Assembly: GCA_965113315.1 (NCBI GenBank) | Contig: OZ220374.1 | Length of the DNA stretch: 64,000 bases | Strand: one strand, 5' to 3' | Source: Podarcis vaucheri | Taxonomy: Eukaryota | Shown here: one piece after another, positions 24,977-37,394 of the stretch | How positions within the stretch are numbered: the stretch's first letter is position 1 | Layout: each line of letters starts with the position of its first letter | The notes under the pieces: generated by a model | Told to the model about the DNA's origin: nothing | The model's input: only the letters and a program-made list of their open reading frames with translations | Databases searched by the model: none | Made by a program: the position numbers and the translations under genes

Positions 24977-26120
24977 GACTGCAAGCAATATATTTGTTTT
25001 TATAAAGCGTTCCTTTCAAACTCTTCCCTTTTAACGTCTGCTACGGCTTGATTAGAATGAAACCCTTCATTCTCCCCGGTTATATTTTACTAATACGTAT
25101 GACGAGTGTCTAGCAACAGTGCTCTTTAATTAGCAGCTCCTTTGTATTCCGGTCCCTGTGCATCCGTTTGCCCCCCCCTTGCCCCCCTGCAGGAAGCCAT
25201 CCCTATAAATAGTGCCTTCACCAGTGCTGTGTGTTGGCGGTAAAAACGTCGACGGTTGGATACAGATCCCTCTTGCCAAAGGAGGCTCGCCGAGGCAGGT
25301 TGCTCTAACACACAAGACTGCAAAGGTCACCCCCCGCTGGGCTCTGGACCTGATTTATTACTCATTCAGTTTGTTTCTGTTTTCTTGCCAGGGCTTTCTA
25401 CCTGCCTTTGTCAAGCCCAGCGAGGGAGGCTTGTGTCAGCCAGGGAGCTACATGCTAAAAGCTCTCCTGTGCAACCTTTAGCCATAACCGCCAAGCCACT
25501 TAGAACCACCAGCTCCACTCTCTGGAAGACACAAGAAGAGCCATAATTACTTTGACAGAGGCCAAGTAATCACAGTCTGCATCGACTAGGAAGACGCCTT
25601 TCGTGACTTCTGCAAGCTGAATGCAGAAACTACACCTGCCTCTAGCACCAAGGAAGGAATCTCTCTGCCCAGATACTTCCAATACATCAGCAAGGCTTCT
25701 CTGAGATTCGATTCGATATCTTTATTGTCATTGTCCCATACAGAACAACGAAATTGAAAAAATCTACATAAGATATTCAAAATCCCCTAAAAACAATGAC
25801 AATCCATGGAGATTGAATTGAACACTCAAGGACTCATAATCCCAACACACACACACCACAATCTCAGGAGAAGAAAGGACAGGGGAGGGGGAAATAAGAA
25901 AACAACGTGTGGAAGTCTTGTTTGTTTCATCCTTGTAGGTTCTTTATCCAGCCTAATGTAGAAACTGCAGGTCTTCACAGAAGCTGCTTCTCTGTTAAGA
26001 TTTTGACCATTGGCCATCCACTGAAACTGTCTGCAAGTCCTACAATCCTCTCCAGAGCCTGGAGTTCGGACTGCCAAGAGAGATTGCCATAAAAACCACT
26101 TTATGAGCTGTAATGATAAC

Positions 26121-26231
26121 TGGGGGAGGGCCATAGCTCACTGGTAGGGCAGAAGGTCCCAGCCTCAATTCCTGGCATCTCCAAGTACAGCTAGCAATGT
26201 CCTCAATCTGGGAATTCTAGACAGCCACTGC

Positions 26232-26277
<46 letters not shown>

Positions 26278-26750
26278 TTATGCCCCGCCCTTCCCAGCCA
26301 AGGCCGGGCTCAGGGTGGCTAACAAGCAATAATAAAAAGAAGTTGAATGAATACAACTTAAAAACAAGATTAAAGTACATTAAAATATTAAAATGCAGCC
26401 TCATCACAGGAGGAGAAAGGAAAAAGGAAAAAGAAAGAGGGGGAGGGAATCAAAATGGCTCCAAGCCAAAGGCCAGGCGGAACAACTCTGTCTTACAGGC
26501 CCTGCGGAAAGAAATCAGATCCTGCAGGGCCCTGGTCTCATGAGGCAGAGCGTTCCACCAGGTCGGAGCCAGTGTTGAAAAGGCCCTGGCTCTGGTTGAG
26601 GCTAATCTAACTTCCTTAGGGCCTGCGACCACAAGGGTGTTGCTATTTATGGACCTTGAGGCTCTCCGTGGGGCATACCGGGAGAGGTATGTAGGTAATC
26701 AGTGTAGGTAATGCTGACCTCGGTGGACTCAGTATAAGGCTACATTCTTC
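26121..26750 (+). mobile_element. tRNA-derived SINE interrupted by L2
   Basis: Head gggccatagctcactggtag; the body resumes after the L2 with tcagtgtagg...gactcagtataaggc. Confidence 0.65.
26232..26687 (-). mobile_element. Young L2 LINE 3' fragment
   Basis: RARAFSTLAPTWWNALPHETRALQDLISFRRACKTELF; (TAA)n tail; closely similar to 62691-63386. Confidence 0.92.
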
Positions 26751-27591
26751 AACCACCCGTGAAAATCCCCCAGTCCTAGAATAGTAGGAACCAAATGTTC
26801 AGCTTTTTTCACCCTCTTCTGACCACGTGGAAATCATTGGAAGTGGTGTCGATAGCAACCCACAGTAGCGTCATATAGGTTTCCCTCTCCAACCAGATCA
26901 GACTTGCCTGGGAAAGCAACCCGAGCAGAAGATGATTTAAGCTGGCGATTTCAGCGAGACACGACTTGGCAATCTTCCCTAAGAGACGTGACTAAGCAGA
27001 AAAACCCCAAATCTGCCTCCGCCCTTCCCTCTTGCAAAGTTGCCTTGCATTAGGGCATGGATGAGCAAGCCACCTCTCATTATCACTTCCATCTCTCATG
27101 CTGGCTTTTGTGGTGTGATAAAGAATTAAGTTTAGCAAATTAGGTGAGGGAGAGGGAATTTAGAAATGACACCCTTGATGATTGATGATACTAATAAGCC
27201 GTATGCTAAGGAGATTCCCCTCTCCACCCCCTCTTCACCAGCCACACCAAGCCCTATCCCTGAGCATACACAAAGAGGCTCAACATCAGCTGCTCTGATT
27301 TAAATACGTACTGAAGCATCTGTGAAATAACAAATGGAAAACATGGGGTGGTAGGGAAGGGAGAAATGGGAGGTACTGGTTTTCAAACCCAAGACACCTC
27401 GGTTCTTCTTTTTCTATTTTGGCATCTTGCCAGCCTGTTCTTCAGTTACGTAATTATGGCAGCATCTATATTACAACTATAATCCCATTATAACAACAGT
27501 TTTTGCCAAGTCAAGTCAAGGGAATTAAACCATCCTCCGCGCAGACACAACTTTCCCCCCTGAATGGTACAACTGTCCCTTTCCCCACAGC

Positions 27592-28026
27592 TAGGAATGG
27601 GCAAATCTGTGAGTTTCTCATTTTTCCACACTTAGTTCAGTTCTCCACAGTTCCAGTTGTGGTATGGTTGCCGTTTTCTTTTCTTTTTTAAGAGTATCCC
27701 GTGAAAATACAGTAGCATTTAAGTGCAAATTTCTGCTTAATACACGTGTCTGAATGAAATTTCCCCTCGTATACACACTTCTGCAAAGCAATTTCCCCTA
27801 ATACTGTATAGCAAAAAAAAAAAAAAAGTGTGTAATTTTCACACACGTTACACACATTTTACTAGTACCTGTTTTTGTACCTGTTACTTTGCGGGGGGGG
27901 GACTACACTGCAAAATTCAGGGAATTGTTTATTTCAAAAGACCTTGGTTTGCATGTGGTTTCAGAAGTGTGAATTAGGTAGATTCGCCTATAAACATGAA
28001 CTGAATCAAATTTTTCCTCCATCCTA
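27592..28026. mobile_element. Old hAT-Ac-like non-autonomous element (opposite orientation)
   Basis: taggaatggg...ccatccta; reverse-complement similarity to 15793 and 20727. Confidence 0.6.
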
Positions 28027-28445
28027 ACCCGCAGCCCCCTTCTCCTGCCTCTTGTTATTATGTCTGTGCTGTAATTCTCTGGCATCAAAATTACAGTATC
28101 CATAGGGGTTTAAAAATGCCCCCACCCCTTCTGCTTACACAAATAACCACAAAGGTAGGGTTGAGATTTAGGTTAATACCTCATTGCACTGGTGTTAATA
28201 TTCACTCACATTTCATTTTGCAACCTCGGATGTATAGTTGGAGGCATTGTGCACAATAACATTCAGCAAAATGCTCTAGACAGAGCTCAATAAAGGGGCT
28301 GCTTTCAGTTTCTGATTTTTACTAAAGGCCTGTAGTACAATGACAGCCATGTTGGATGTTGCAAACAAGTAAGAACAGAGAAGGCAAAAAATCTTCTGCT
28401 CCGTGGTGAGATCCATGAGATCCACATGCATCCAGAGATTAAGTA

Positions 28446-28955
28446 CCATATTTTTCGCCCTATAGGACGCACTTTTTCCCCTCCAAAAATGAAGGGGAAA
28501 TGTCCTATGGGGCGAATGCAGGCTTTCCCGGGCTTCCTGCAGCTCTGCGCCACCCTCCAGATCCAGGCGCGAAGCCGCGCGGGGCTCTGGAGGGTGGCGC
28601 GGAGCTACCTGTGCTCCAGGGCTTCCTGCAACTCCGCCCCCCCCCGGATCCCGGCGCGAAGCCACGCGGGGCTCTGGAGGGTGGCGCGGAGCTGCCTGCA
28701 TTCCGAAGCCTGGTGCGCGCTGAAGAGCGCCCCTGGGCTTCGCGCACCTCTCCGCAAGCCTGGGGAGACCGGCGCAGCTCCCTAGGCTTGCAGATAGCAG
28801 ACTGTTCTGGGGGCTGGGGTCGGGGGAAGCTCGGGCTTCCCCCGCGCCTGCCCCATGCCTGGGGAGGGGAATTTTTTTTCTTTATTCCCCTCCCCCCAAA
28901 AAAAAAAATTAGGTGCGTCCTATGGGACGGTGCGTCCTATGGGGTGAAAAATGCC
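28446..28955. mobile_element. Tc2/pogo-like MITE with GC-rich internal tandem hairpins
   Basis: TIRs ccatatttttcgccctataggacgcac / gtgcgtcctatggggtgaaaaatg; two ~89-bp tandem units at 28531-28700. Confidence 0.82.
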
Positions 28956-29191
28956 CTATTTTTGTGTGTTGCTTTGTAAAATACAATATACATTCATGTC
29001 AATGGAGCTGATATATTAGTTCTACAGGAAGCCTAGACTCGTGAGTTATTCGCACTTCAACTGTGATGTCTGCAGCAGTTCCGTGGGCATACTGTTCTGA
29101 GAAAAGCAATCAATGGCTGTCGCTACAGAATTTGGGTGGGATCGTATAAAGATTCCATGGAACTCTGCAGCTGTGTATGAGAAACACATAT

Positions 29192-29718
29192 TGTTGTTGT
29201 TTAGTCGTTTAGTCGTTTCCGACTCTTTGTGACCCCATGGACCAGAGCACGCCAGGCACTCCTGTCTTCCACCGCCTCCCGCAGTTTGGTCAAACTCATG
29301 CTGGTAACTTCGAGAACACTATCCAGCCATCTCATCCTCTGTTGTCCCCTTCTCCTTGTGCCCTCCATCTTTCCCAACATCAAGGTCTTTTCCAGGGAGT
29401 CTTCTCTTCTCATGAGGTGGCCAAAGTACTGGAGTCTCAGCTTCAGGATCTGTCCTTCCGGTGAGTACTCAGGGCTGATTTCCTTAAGAATGGATAGGTT
29501 TGATCTTCTTGCAGTCCATGGGACTCTCAAGAGTCTCCTCCAGCACCATAATTCAAAAGCATCCATTCTTCGGCGATCAGCCTTCTTTATGGTCCAGCTC
29601 TCACTTCCATACATCACTACTGGGAAAACCATAGCTTTAACTATACGGACCTTTGTTGGCAAGGTGATGTCTCTGCTTTTTAAGATGCTGTCTAGGTTTG
29701 TCATTGCTTTTCTCCCAA
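29192..29718 (-). mobile_element. Bov-B (RTE) LINE, 5'-truncated
   Basis: Uninterrupted LGRKAMTNLDSILKSRDITLPTKVRIVKAMVFPVVMYGSESWT...WRALVHGVTKSRKRLND*; (CAA)n tail; TSD gagaaacacatat at 29179-29191 and 29719-29731. Confidence 0.96.
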
Positions 29719-31639
29719 GAGAAACACATATAGTTGTATCCAACCAAGTTCCACTGAAATTAATAGGCCTAATGTCCATTAATTTTGATGGGTCTACTCA
29801 AGAAGGACTAACATTGGATACAACCCACAAACCCTGCTTGCAAGACAGAGGGAGAAAGCATGCCAGCTCTTCTCTCACCATCTTAGCCAAATGTCTGCAG
29901 CAGGAACTCAAGCTGGTTCTATATGCAGTTTAGAACCCTGGAATGTGAGGGTTCTAGATCACGTTGGGAATTGACACAAGTCAAGCAGGCTCCCCATTTC
30001 TAAAACCATCCCTCCAACTCATGGCGTGGGGTGATGGGGACAGCAGTGCTCTCCCTTGTTGCAAGAGGGATAAGAATGTCTGAATAGGGCTTATATAGCC
30101 ATGCATTCTGTACATGTTCAATGTTTCCCATGTCCAAGCTGTGGGTGAAGTTAAATCCTGGACTCCCTACCCCCAGGATTTTAGTAAAAGGTAGCACTGG
30201 TGTGTGTCTTTGTGTTCATTGTCCGTGCAAAAAAAATTAGCCATGTGCATTTTCCATGGCACAATGGTCGTACAGAACCCCGCCTCCCAAAACCAAACAG
30301 GCAAAGCTGTGGGAGAATGCTAAATTTGTGACCTAAGTAGAAGGCACAGTGCTCGTATTCAGCATGCATCTTTTATGTTTCATAGAAGCCTTTCTGCATG
30401 TACTCTGCAACTGCTCAGCCACCTGAGACCACAGTACAGGGACAGCGAATTATCTAACAGCATTCTATCCTATAATAGCACAAGCCTCTGTGCTCTCTTA
30501 AGCACTGATGTGCATCATGATCAGAGCCTAACTTTCACCTGCAAAAAGGGAAAAAAGGAAAAGGAAAAACCCAAACAGAGAGTTTCCATCACAGTTGCTC
30601 TGTACTAAAGCTGCTACTTCTGATCAGGAGAGAGCAAAACACTGAGCCAGTACTTGTTTTAACTCCCTTTATTCTATTCCTTTGGCGCTTTTGCTGTGAT
30701 CTGCATAGCTAGCTATCCTGAACTTGTGCTTGAACTGAACTGAACTGAAGCTAAATGTGTGCTTCAGTCTCATAATCTCCCCACCCAGTTCCTCCACAAT
30801 CAAGAGCAAAGCAGAAGACCAGTTGAAACCAAGGCTGTGCGTACCCATCCTATTCTACAATCCCTGTAGACAAAGCACTTGTTTTCTCCACCTAGTCCAC
30901 ACGTAATCTAGATCTGTTGCATATATATTGCCTCCGAAAAATGCTTATTGAGAAACTGATTTCGGTCCAAAGCAAAAAGCTCACTGCAGACTGATACCTA
31001 GTATTATATAAAAAATACGGCAAACAGTGCAATTGGAACAGACCATTTCGAATGATGCAGTCTGTCCTGGAGTGGGTACATCTGCCCAAGGGGACTTGCA
31101 CCTAGTCACGTAAATGTGCCAGTCTCCATTCTGCCTTCTACTGCTTTGTTCACTTCCCGCCCCTGCCCCAAATCTTGGACTCATTCAAAACAAGAACCTC
31201 ATCTTCATGTCTAACCTTCACCCACACTTTTTCTGCTAGCCTTGTGAATTCTGCCTAATTAAGAGCCTTTCAGATTCCCCCGTGGCCCAAGTTTTGTCAT
31301 GCAGAACGTGGAACTGGGAAAAAGGGCTGGAGGAAACGCGTTGTGAACATTCCCCACCCCTCTCCCCTGGGTCCGGTTGGTGCTCTTAAAATTGGCGTTT
31401 GTGAATCTGGGTGAATTCTTGAAATGTATTAATGGTGCTCATTAATTAAGACTCAGTGGTGATGTTCTTTAGATGACATTTTGTACTTCAGATATCCAAG
31501 CACATAATGTATATGTGTTCTGAAGGGTGCCCACGTGTATGAATCACATCCTGGTTTGTGTTCGAAATACATTCAAGTGTAATTCAGACCAAATCCATTA
31601 GACCTTCGATTTATCTCTTAAACCACGGGCAGGAAACCT

Positions 31640-32352
31640 TTGCTGAGGAAGGGCTGAGGAAGACTCCTGCCTAACACATTGGAGAGTCACTGTCAGTCAG
31701 CGTAGACCAGGGCGGTCCAACTTTTTATCCCAAGGAGGCAGCAAGAGTACTTCAACATTGAAAGTATGGGCCGCACACAGCCTTGTTGCACAGGGGGTGA
31801 GCAGCGAGGCTGTTATGTATTGAGTTGAATAGGATCCAAAAGGCAGCAGTCTGATTGGTCTTAGAAGAATAGGGTCCAGAATGCAACAGTCTGATTGGTC
31901 CACAGGAGCCACCCAATCCAGCTCCAGGTGGAAGTGAATCCGCAACCTGATTGGCCTACAGGTGAATCCCGGAATTAGCCAATCACGTGGGGCCCATTGT
32001 GTAAATAATGTATATAAAGCAGACATTCTGGGGGAACTTCCATTCCTCCTCACCACTATGAGCTGAATAAAGAGCATGAAATCCACTCTCGACTCAGAGT
32101 ATATTTCAGAGGCCAAAATTTGACACACACACACACACACACACACACACTACCAGCCTTCGTGCTGCCTTCCCAAAGCAGGCTAAGTGACGCTATGAGC
32201 TTTGAGGAGGAGGCACAAGCCCCAGGCAACCTCCAGAGCCCTCCCACCTCCTTCTCAAAGCTGGGAATGTGCTCACTAGGGCTTTGGGAAGGAGGCAGGA
32301 CTCCTCAAGGACCCTGTGAAGGCCCTCATAACAGCTTCCTATGTTCCTGTGT
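31640..32352 (+). mobile_element. SINE split by a hAT-like element (from 31708), which is itself split by a solo LTR
   Basis: SINE body gactcctgcct...cagtcagcgtagac, then hAT-like start cagggcggtccaacttt; SINE tail acagcttcctatgttcct at about 32331. The right end of the hAT element is not resolved. Confidence 0.55.
31811..32108 (+). mobile_element. Solo LTR (298 bp)
   Basis: TG...CA ends; 5-bp TSD gaggc (31806-31810, 32109-32113); five CCAAT/ATTGG boxes; TATATAAA 32011-32018; AATAAA 32066-32071. Confidence 0.92.
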
Positions 32353-32682
32353 TAGGAGTGGTGTGTAACACAGAGCTGGAGCTCTGTGTAACATAGGCAG
32401 CAAAGCACAGGGTAGTACTATTGTAGGAACACTTCTAACACTAACTCTCCCAGTTTCTGAACCCTACATTTAACACTCTCTCAACAGCAAGTAGCACTAT
32501 CTACTGAACCATCAGCATCACCCAGGGGAGAAGCACCAAGGGTGATCGAACTCAGGTTTGCACATATTCACAACCTGAACTGCTTTGCTCCTTTTTGTCA
32601 AATGAAAAATATGTATTTTAAAACTTCCTCTGAAGGTTTTGTTCTTAAAATCAATCTTGACTCAATAGGAGAGCCACAGAAC

Positions 32683-32752
<70 letters not shown>
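32683..32752. repeat. (AAAG)n microsatellite
   Basis: Direct observation. Confidence 0.97.
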
Positions 32753-32753
<1 letters not shown>

Positions 32754-34097
32754 GTAAGTTGCGCCCTTTAAAAGATTGATTCCAATTTTTTCGCTAGCCC
32801 TCAGATCTAAATATACCTTGCATTTATGGGCAAGAAACAGAACGCGAAGAGAAGAAAGGAAAACACAATATTGTCCAACACATAATTGTGACCGCAAGGA
32901 TTTCATTTGTGGAAACAAATTAAGCATGGATTGTTTCCTGTAACTCTCTAACAATTATTAAATTTCCCCACAGCCATATTGGCAGAAGGCAGGGAAATAA
33001 ACCTCATTAGAATGTAATAGAAACAATATTTGTCTGTCCTCCCCTTACTAATGGGAAAACACAACTTTCCCTCTCCCTAAATGTTTTTAATAAATCTTAG
33101 TTCACATTATTTATTGATTTTTGCTGTAAGAATGGATCAAGTCATACTGCATGTCTTTAACTGTTTGGGCCATGATCCATGAATAGTAGGCAGCACATAC
33201 TTGAAATACTGTGTGCTGTTTATTGGTTTGGGGTACTTTTGGTTTTTGGTATTTGGTAAAATAGAATGGAGAAATCCCTGGATGCCTAGATCCAGGTTTG
33301 GGGCAAGTACTCTTTGGTGAGAGAGAGCCCCAGCAGAGATTTAAAATCACAAAACATGCAGCATGGAAATATACCTTTAAAATGTCCCCTTCTAAGTTTC
33401 CTCCAAAGTTCCCCACTCCCCTTTGCATAGAAAGAGACTTGTTTGGCAAGTTAAAAATGGTTTACCTACAAATTCTTCAAAGGTCAGGTTCATGCGCTTT
33501 TCCATACAGCACCAAGAAAAGACAAGGAAGTATAACTTAGGTTCCAAAAAGTGGCAAATGTTTCTAAACAATTTGTATAGAAACACAAAGATGGCTTGCT
33601 AAAGCCACATGGTCTAAGCTTGGAGCATTCAGCTTAGACGTCCTTACTGGTAGATTCACATGGTGGAAACAGAGAGAACTAAAGAGTTTGGTAACCCCTC
33701 CTCCCAAAGTAAGGGGATGTGACCTTGCTAAGCCTGGCAGCTTAATCTGTGGTCCGAACCCCTTTATGCATTGATTAGAGTTAAGCATCTTGGTTATGTG
33801 AGGTTGGATATATCCCACACAGTTCTGGTCATTACACCCAGGGGCGATGTACCCCTTTTTGCCACTTGAAATGTCACCCTGGCATCCCGCCATGCCACTT
33901 CTGCCACTGATGAAGTGGCACTGGCAACAGCACTGATTTCCAGTGAGATCCTGCTGAAAGAGCACAAGGTATTGCCCGCTCCACAGGATCTCGCAAGATT
34001 TTGGCAAGATTGTGTCCTTCCAACTCTATGATTCTATTATTATATTTCACTGGAAATCACTGGAAATATTTCACTACACCTCAAAAAGGATGTTGTA

Positions 34098-34460
34098 GCG
34101 CGGGTGGCACTGTGGTCTAAACCACTGAGCCTCTTGGGCTGGCCGATCAGAAGGTCAGCGGTTCGAATCCCCGCGACGGGGTGAGCTCCCATTGCTCTGT
34201 CCCAGCTCCTGCCAATCTAGCAGTTCAAAAGCACGTCAAAGTGCAAGTAGATAAATAGGTACCGCTCCAGCGGGAAGTTAAACGGCGTTTCCATGCACTG
34301 CTCTGGTTTGCCAGAAGCAGCTTAATCATGCCAGCCACATGACCCGGAAAAACTGTCTGCGGGCAAACACTGGCTCCCTCGGCCAGTAAAGCGAGATGAG
34401 CGCCACAACCCCAGAGTCGTTTGCAACTGGACTTAACTGTCACGGGTCCTTTACGTTTTT
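34098..34460 (+). mobile_element. Sauria SINE (Squam1), second subfamily
   Basis: gcgggtggcactgtggtctaaaccactgagcc, B box ggttcgaatccc, gtgcaagtagataaataggtaccgc, tail ggtcctttac. Confidence 0.92.
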
Positions 34461-35353
34461 TAGTGCTGTAAAAGGTACAGAGAACAGAAACTCCCCAAAT
34501 CCCATAAGAATGAGGAAAGGTTATAACATTTGGGGATTTTTAATTGGGCGAGCAACTAATTGTGTGCAAGGGGGCAGGAGGGCTGACATGATATGAAATT
34601 CTGCACAGGGAGGTATCTGTGCATTGCAATTTATATGATTTTACAATTGCTATGGTCTTACAAGCAAACTATTCTCTTAAATAACGTGAGAGCTTGAGAA
34701 GCGGGTAGAAATGGCTACAGATCTTGGCTGTAATAATCTGTATTCGTTCAGTATACCAAAATAACCGAGTACATAGACTAGAGAAAGGACAAGGTATCAG
34801 AGAAAATTAGAATGTGCAGAAATTGCTATTTTCTTCTGTGTGTGAAGGTGACTTCCAGTCTTGCCATGTACAGACAGACACACACCTCTGACTGCACCAG
34901 TAATAATAATACGCCAGAAGATGATGGGGGGGGGCAAAGACCACCCCCTCTCTTTGGCATTGCTCTGACCACAGAACAGCAGCAGAAGGGGGCACCCAAA
35001 ATAACTATCAAATCAGATGACCCTGACTCATCATTACAATTTTTACTATTGTTATAATGATAAGGATGGTGTTATATTGATTTATTCCAATTGCATTGTT
35101 CAGGTTTTATTTTTCATGCCAAAGAAAAGGGGACACCTAAAAAAACAGCAATAATTGTTGATGCAATTGCAGATGTGTATCAAGTCATAGAAGGCAGGGC
35201 TATTATACAAATGGAGAGGGTGGCCAATGAACCAAGTAAACCTGTGGCTTATATTTATTTACTGCAGGTGTGGGATCACATCACTGAATGCTTCCTGTCT
35301 GCCAGGGATTTAACAAGAGAAATTATAACATTAAGCCTGAATCCAAATGGGTC

Positions 35354-35355
<2 letters not shown>

Positions 35356-35414
<59 letters not shown>

Positions 35415-35419
35415 TGTGT
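35356..35419. repeat. Compound (TC)n(TG)n microsatellite
   Basis: Direct observation; a similar (CA)n(GA)n lies at 41240-41294. Confidence 0.95.
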
Positions 35420-36042
35420 ACACACACCATCTTATTGTGCAATTTCAACACATCTAAAGATTGATCAATAAAACATCACAACTTTAATATTTATAATTAT
35501 ATTTATAATTATATTTTAAATTATAAATATTTATAACTGTTCTTTAGGGGACACGTAAATAAATAGCAATAGTTGCTGATGCAATTGCAGTTATGTAGAG
35601 AGGGGTGGGTGGGTGCATGTGTGTGCAAATGTTTAACAGAATTTTTAAAAAAATTGCCCGTCTGTTGAAAGTCAAGGCGGCTAACAAATTCAATAATAAT
35701 TTTTTTTAATGATTCCACCTATGTTTTTAGTTGTTTCTCTTTTATCTGTAAGCCGCCTTGAGTCCCTGTCAGGGGGGGAAAGGCAGGATATAAATTAATA
35801 TGATAACAATGGCAAGATTGACAGGAGGGACCTGCAACAAGATATTGCAGTGTCAAGCTCTCCTGCTCAGGATTCCAGCCAGCCATGACCTTTTCCAATA
35901 TATTCCATCCCATTCCCATCCATTCTAACTCTGCCTCCCCACCAAGAGTCACTCTGCAATCCATGGCCACTGACCATGCTCAGCCTTCAATTGAGCAGTT
36001 TTGAGTTCTCCCCTTCCCCCTCCCCTAAGGATTTCTTTTGTA

Positions 36043-36275
36043 CAGTCATACCTCGGGTTACAGACGCTTCAGGTTGCACGTTCTTGGGTTGCACACCGCG
36101 CCGAACCCGGAAGTAACGGAACGGGTTACTTCCAGGTTTCGGCGCTCTTTGCACATGTGCAAAAGCGCCAAATCACAACCCGTGCATGCGCAGACGCGGC
36201 GCTGGGGGTTGCAAACACTGCAGGTTGCGAACGTGTCTCCCGCACAGTTCACGTTCGCAACCCGAGCGTCCACTG
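36043..36275. mobile_element. Tigger-like MITE with imperfect TIRs
   Basis: cagtcatacctcgggtt / aacccgagcgtccactg, with TA on both sides. Confidence 0.82.
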
Positions 36276-36529
36276 TACTTCTACTAACCATGGGTTTCCT
36301 CTGAACAGGCTGATACCCTCTTTCCTGTGCAAAGATGGTGTCATTTTGGCTCCATAAGGAGTCTGTGACAACCTGGTACCCTTCAAACGCTTTGGAATAG
36401 AACTCCCACCAACCCCCTGCCAGCACATCCTTGCCTGCTGGGTCTGTTGGCAGTTGTGGTTCACAAGATCATGCAGGCACCAGGCTGGCAAAGGATGGCA
36501 TATAAGGTGAGCAAAGAAGTGGAGGCAGA

Positions 36530-36997
36530 CAGGGCCAGATTTAGGTCTGATGCGGCCCTAAGCTACTGAAGGTAATGGGGCCCTTTGTATGTCCAGTTGT
36601 CCTTTGTCAACAACAAATTGTCACTGTTTTATGTGTTGAATATATGCTATATGGTAATTTATGGACTGAATAGGTATCTAAAGTAAGTTATAAAAAAGGT
36701 ATCTAAAGCCATTTGCGCATGTTGCCATGCAACCAGTCCATGCAGAATGTAGGCACCCTATATATAGAAATCAGCAAACCAGTGACATTTTACGGAGCAG
36801 GCGGGGCCCATGACTTACATCATAGGAACCTACACAAAACACTGTTGTTGTATGTAGGTTTTATTTTATTTGTTTTTTATCTTATATTTTGGAAATGTAC
36901 ATCCAGTGGTTTTTTTCCTTTAATTTTTTGGGGGGGCTTCCAAGAGAGTGGGGCCCTAAGCTGTAGCTTGTTTAGCTTATACGTAAATCCGGCACTG
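36530..36997. mobile_element. hAT non-autonomous element with perfect TSD
   Basis: TIRs cagggccagattta / taaatccggcactg; 8-bp TSD gaggcaga at 36522-36529 and 36998-37005. Confidence 0.92.
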
Positions 36998-37152
36998 GAG
37001 GCAGACATGGAGCCCATGGCTGAGAAGGCACCAAGCAGCCCATTTGGATTCCTGCATCTCTTATCCCTACTGGCAGCCACTGCCGCGCAAGGACCCAGCA
37101 ATAGAATGGATGCTCATTTGAAGAAATAGGAGGCGGCCTTTATAAAACTGTA

Positions 37153-37394
37153 CAGTGGTACCTCAGGTTAAGTACTTAATTCGTTCCGGAGGTCCGTACT
37201 TAACCTGAAACTGTTCTTAACCTGAAGCACCACTTTAGCTAATGGGGCCTCTCGCTGCCGCCGCACCGCTGGAGTACAATTTCTGTTCTCATCCTGAAGC
37301 AAAGTTCTTAACCTGAAGCACTATTTCTGGGTTAGCGGAGTCTGTAACCTGAAGTGTATGTAACCTGAAGCGTATGTAACCCGAGGTACCACTG
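37153..37394. mobile_element. Tigger-like MITE (intact reference copy)
   Basis: TIRs cagtggtacctcaggtta / taacccgaggtaccactg, TA flanks. Confidence 0.93.

Noticed and set aside
29229-29933. 234-aa + strand ORF
   Set aside because: It is the antisense frame of Bov-B running into flanking DNA.
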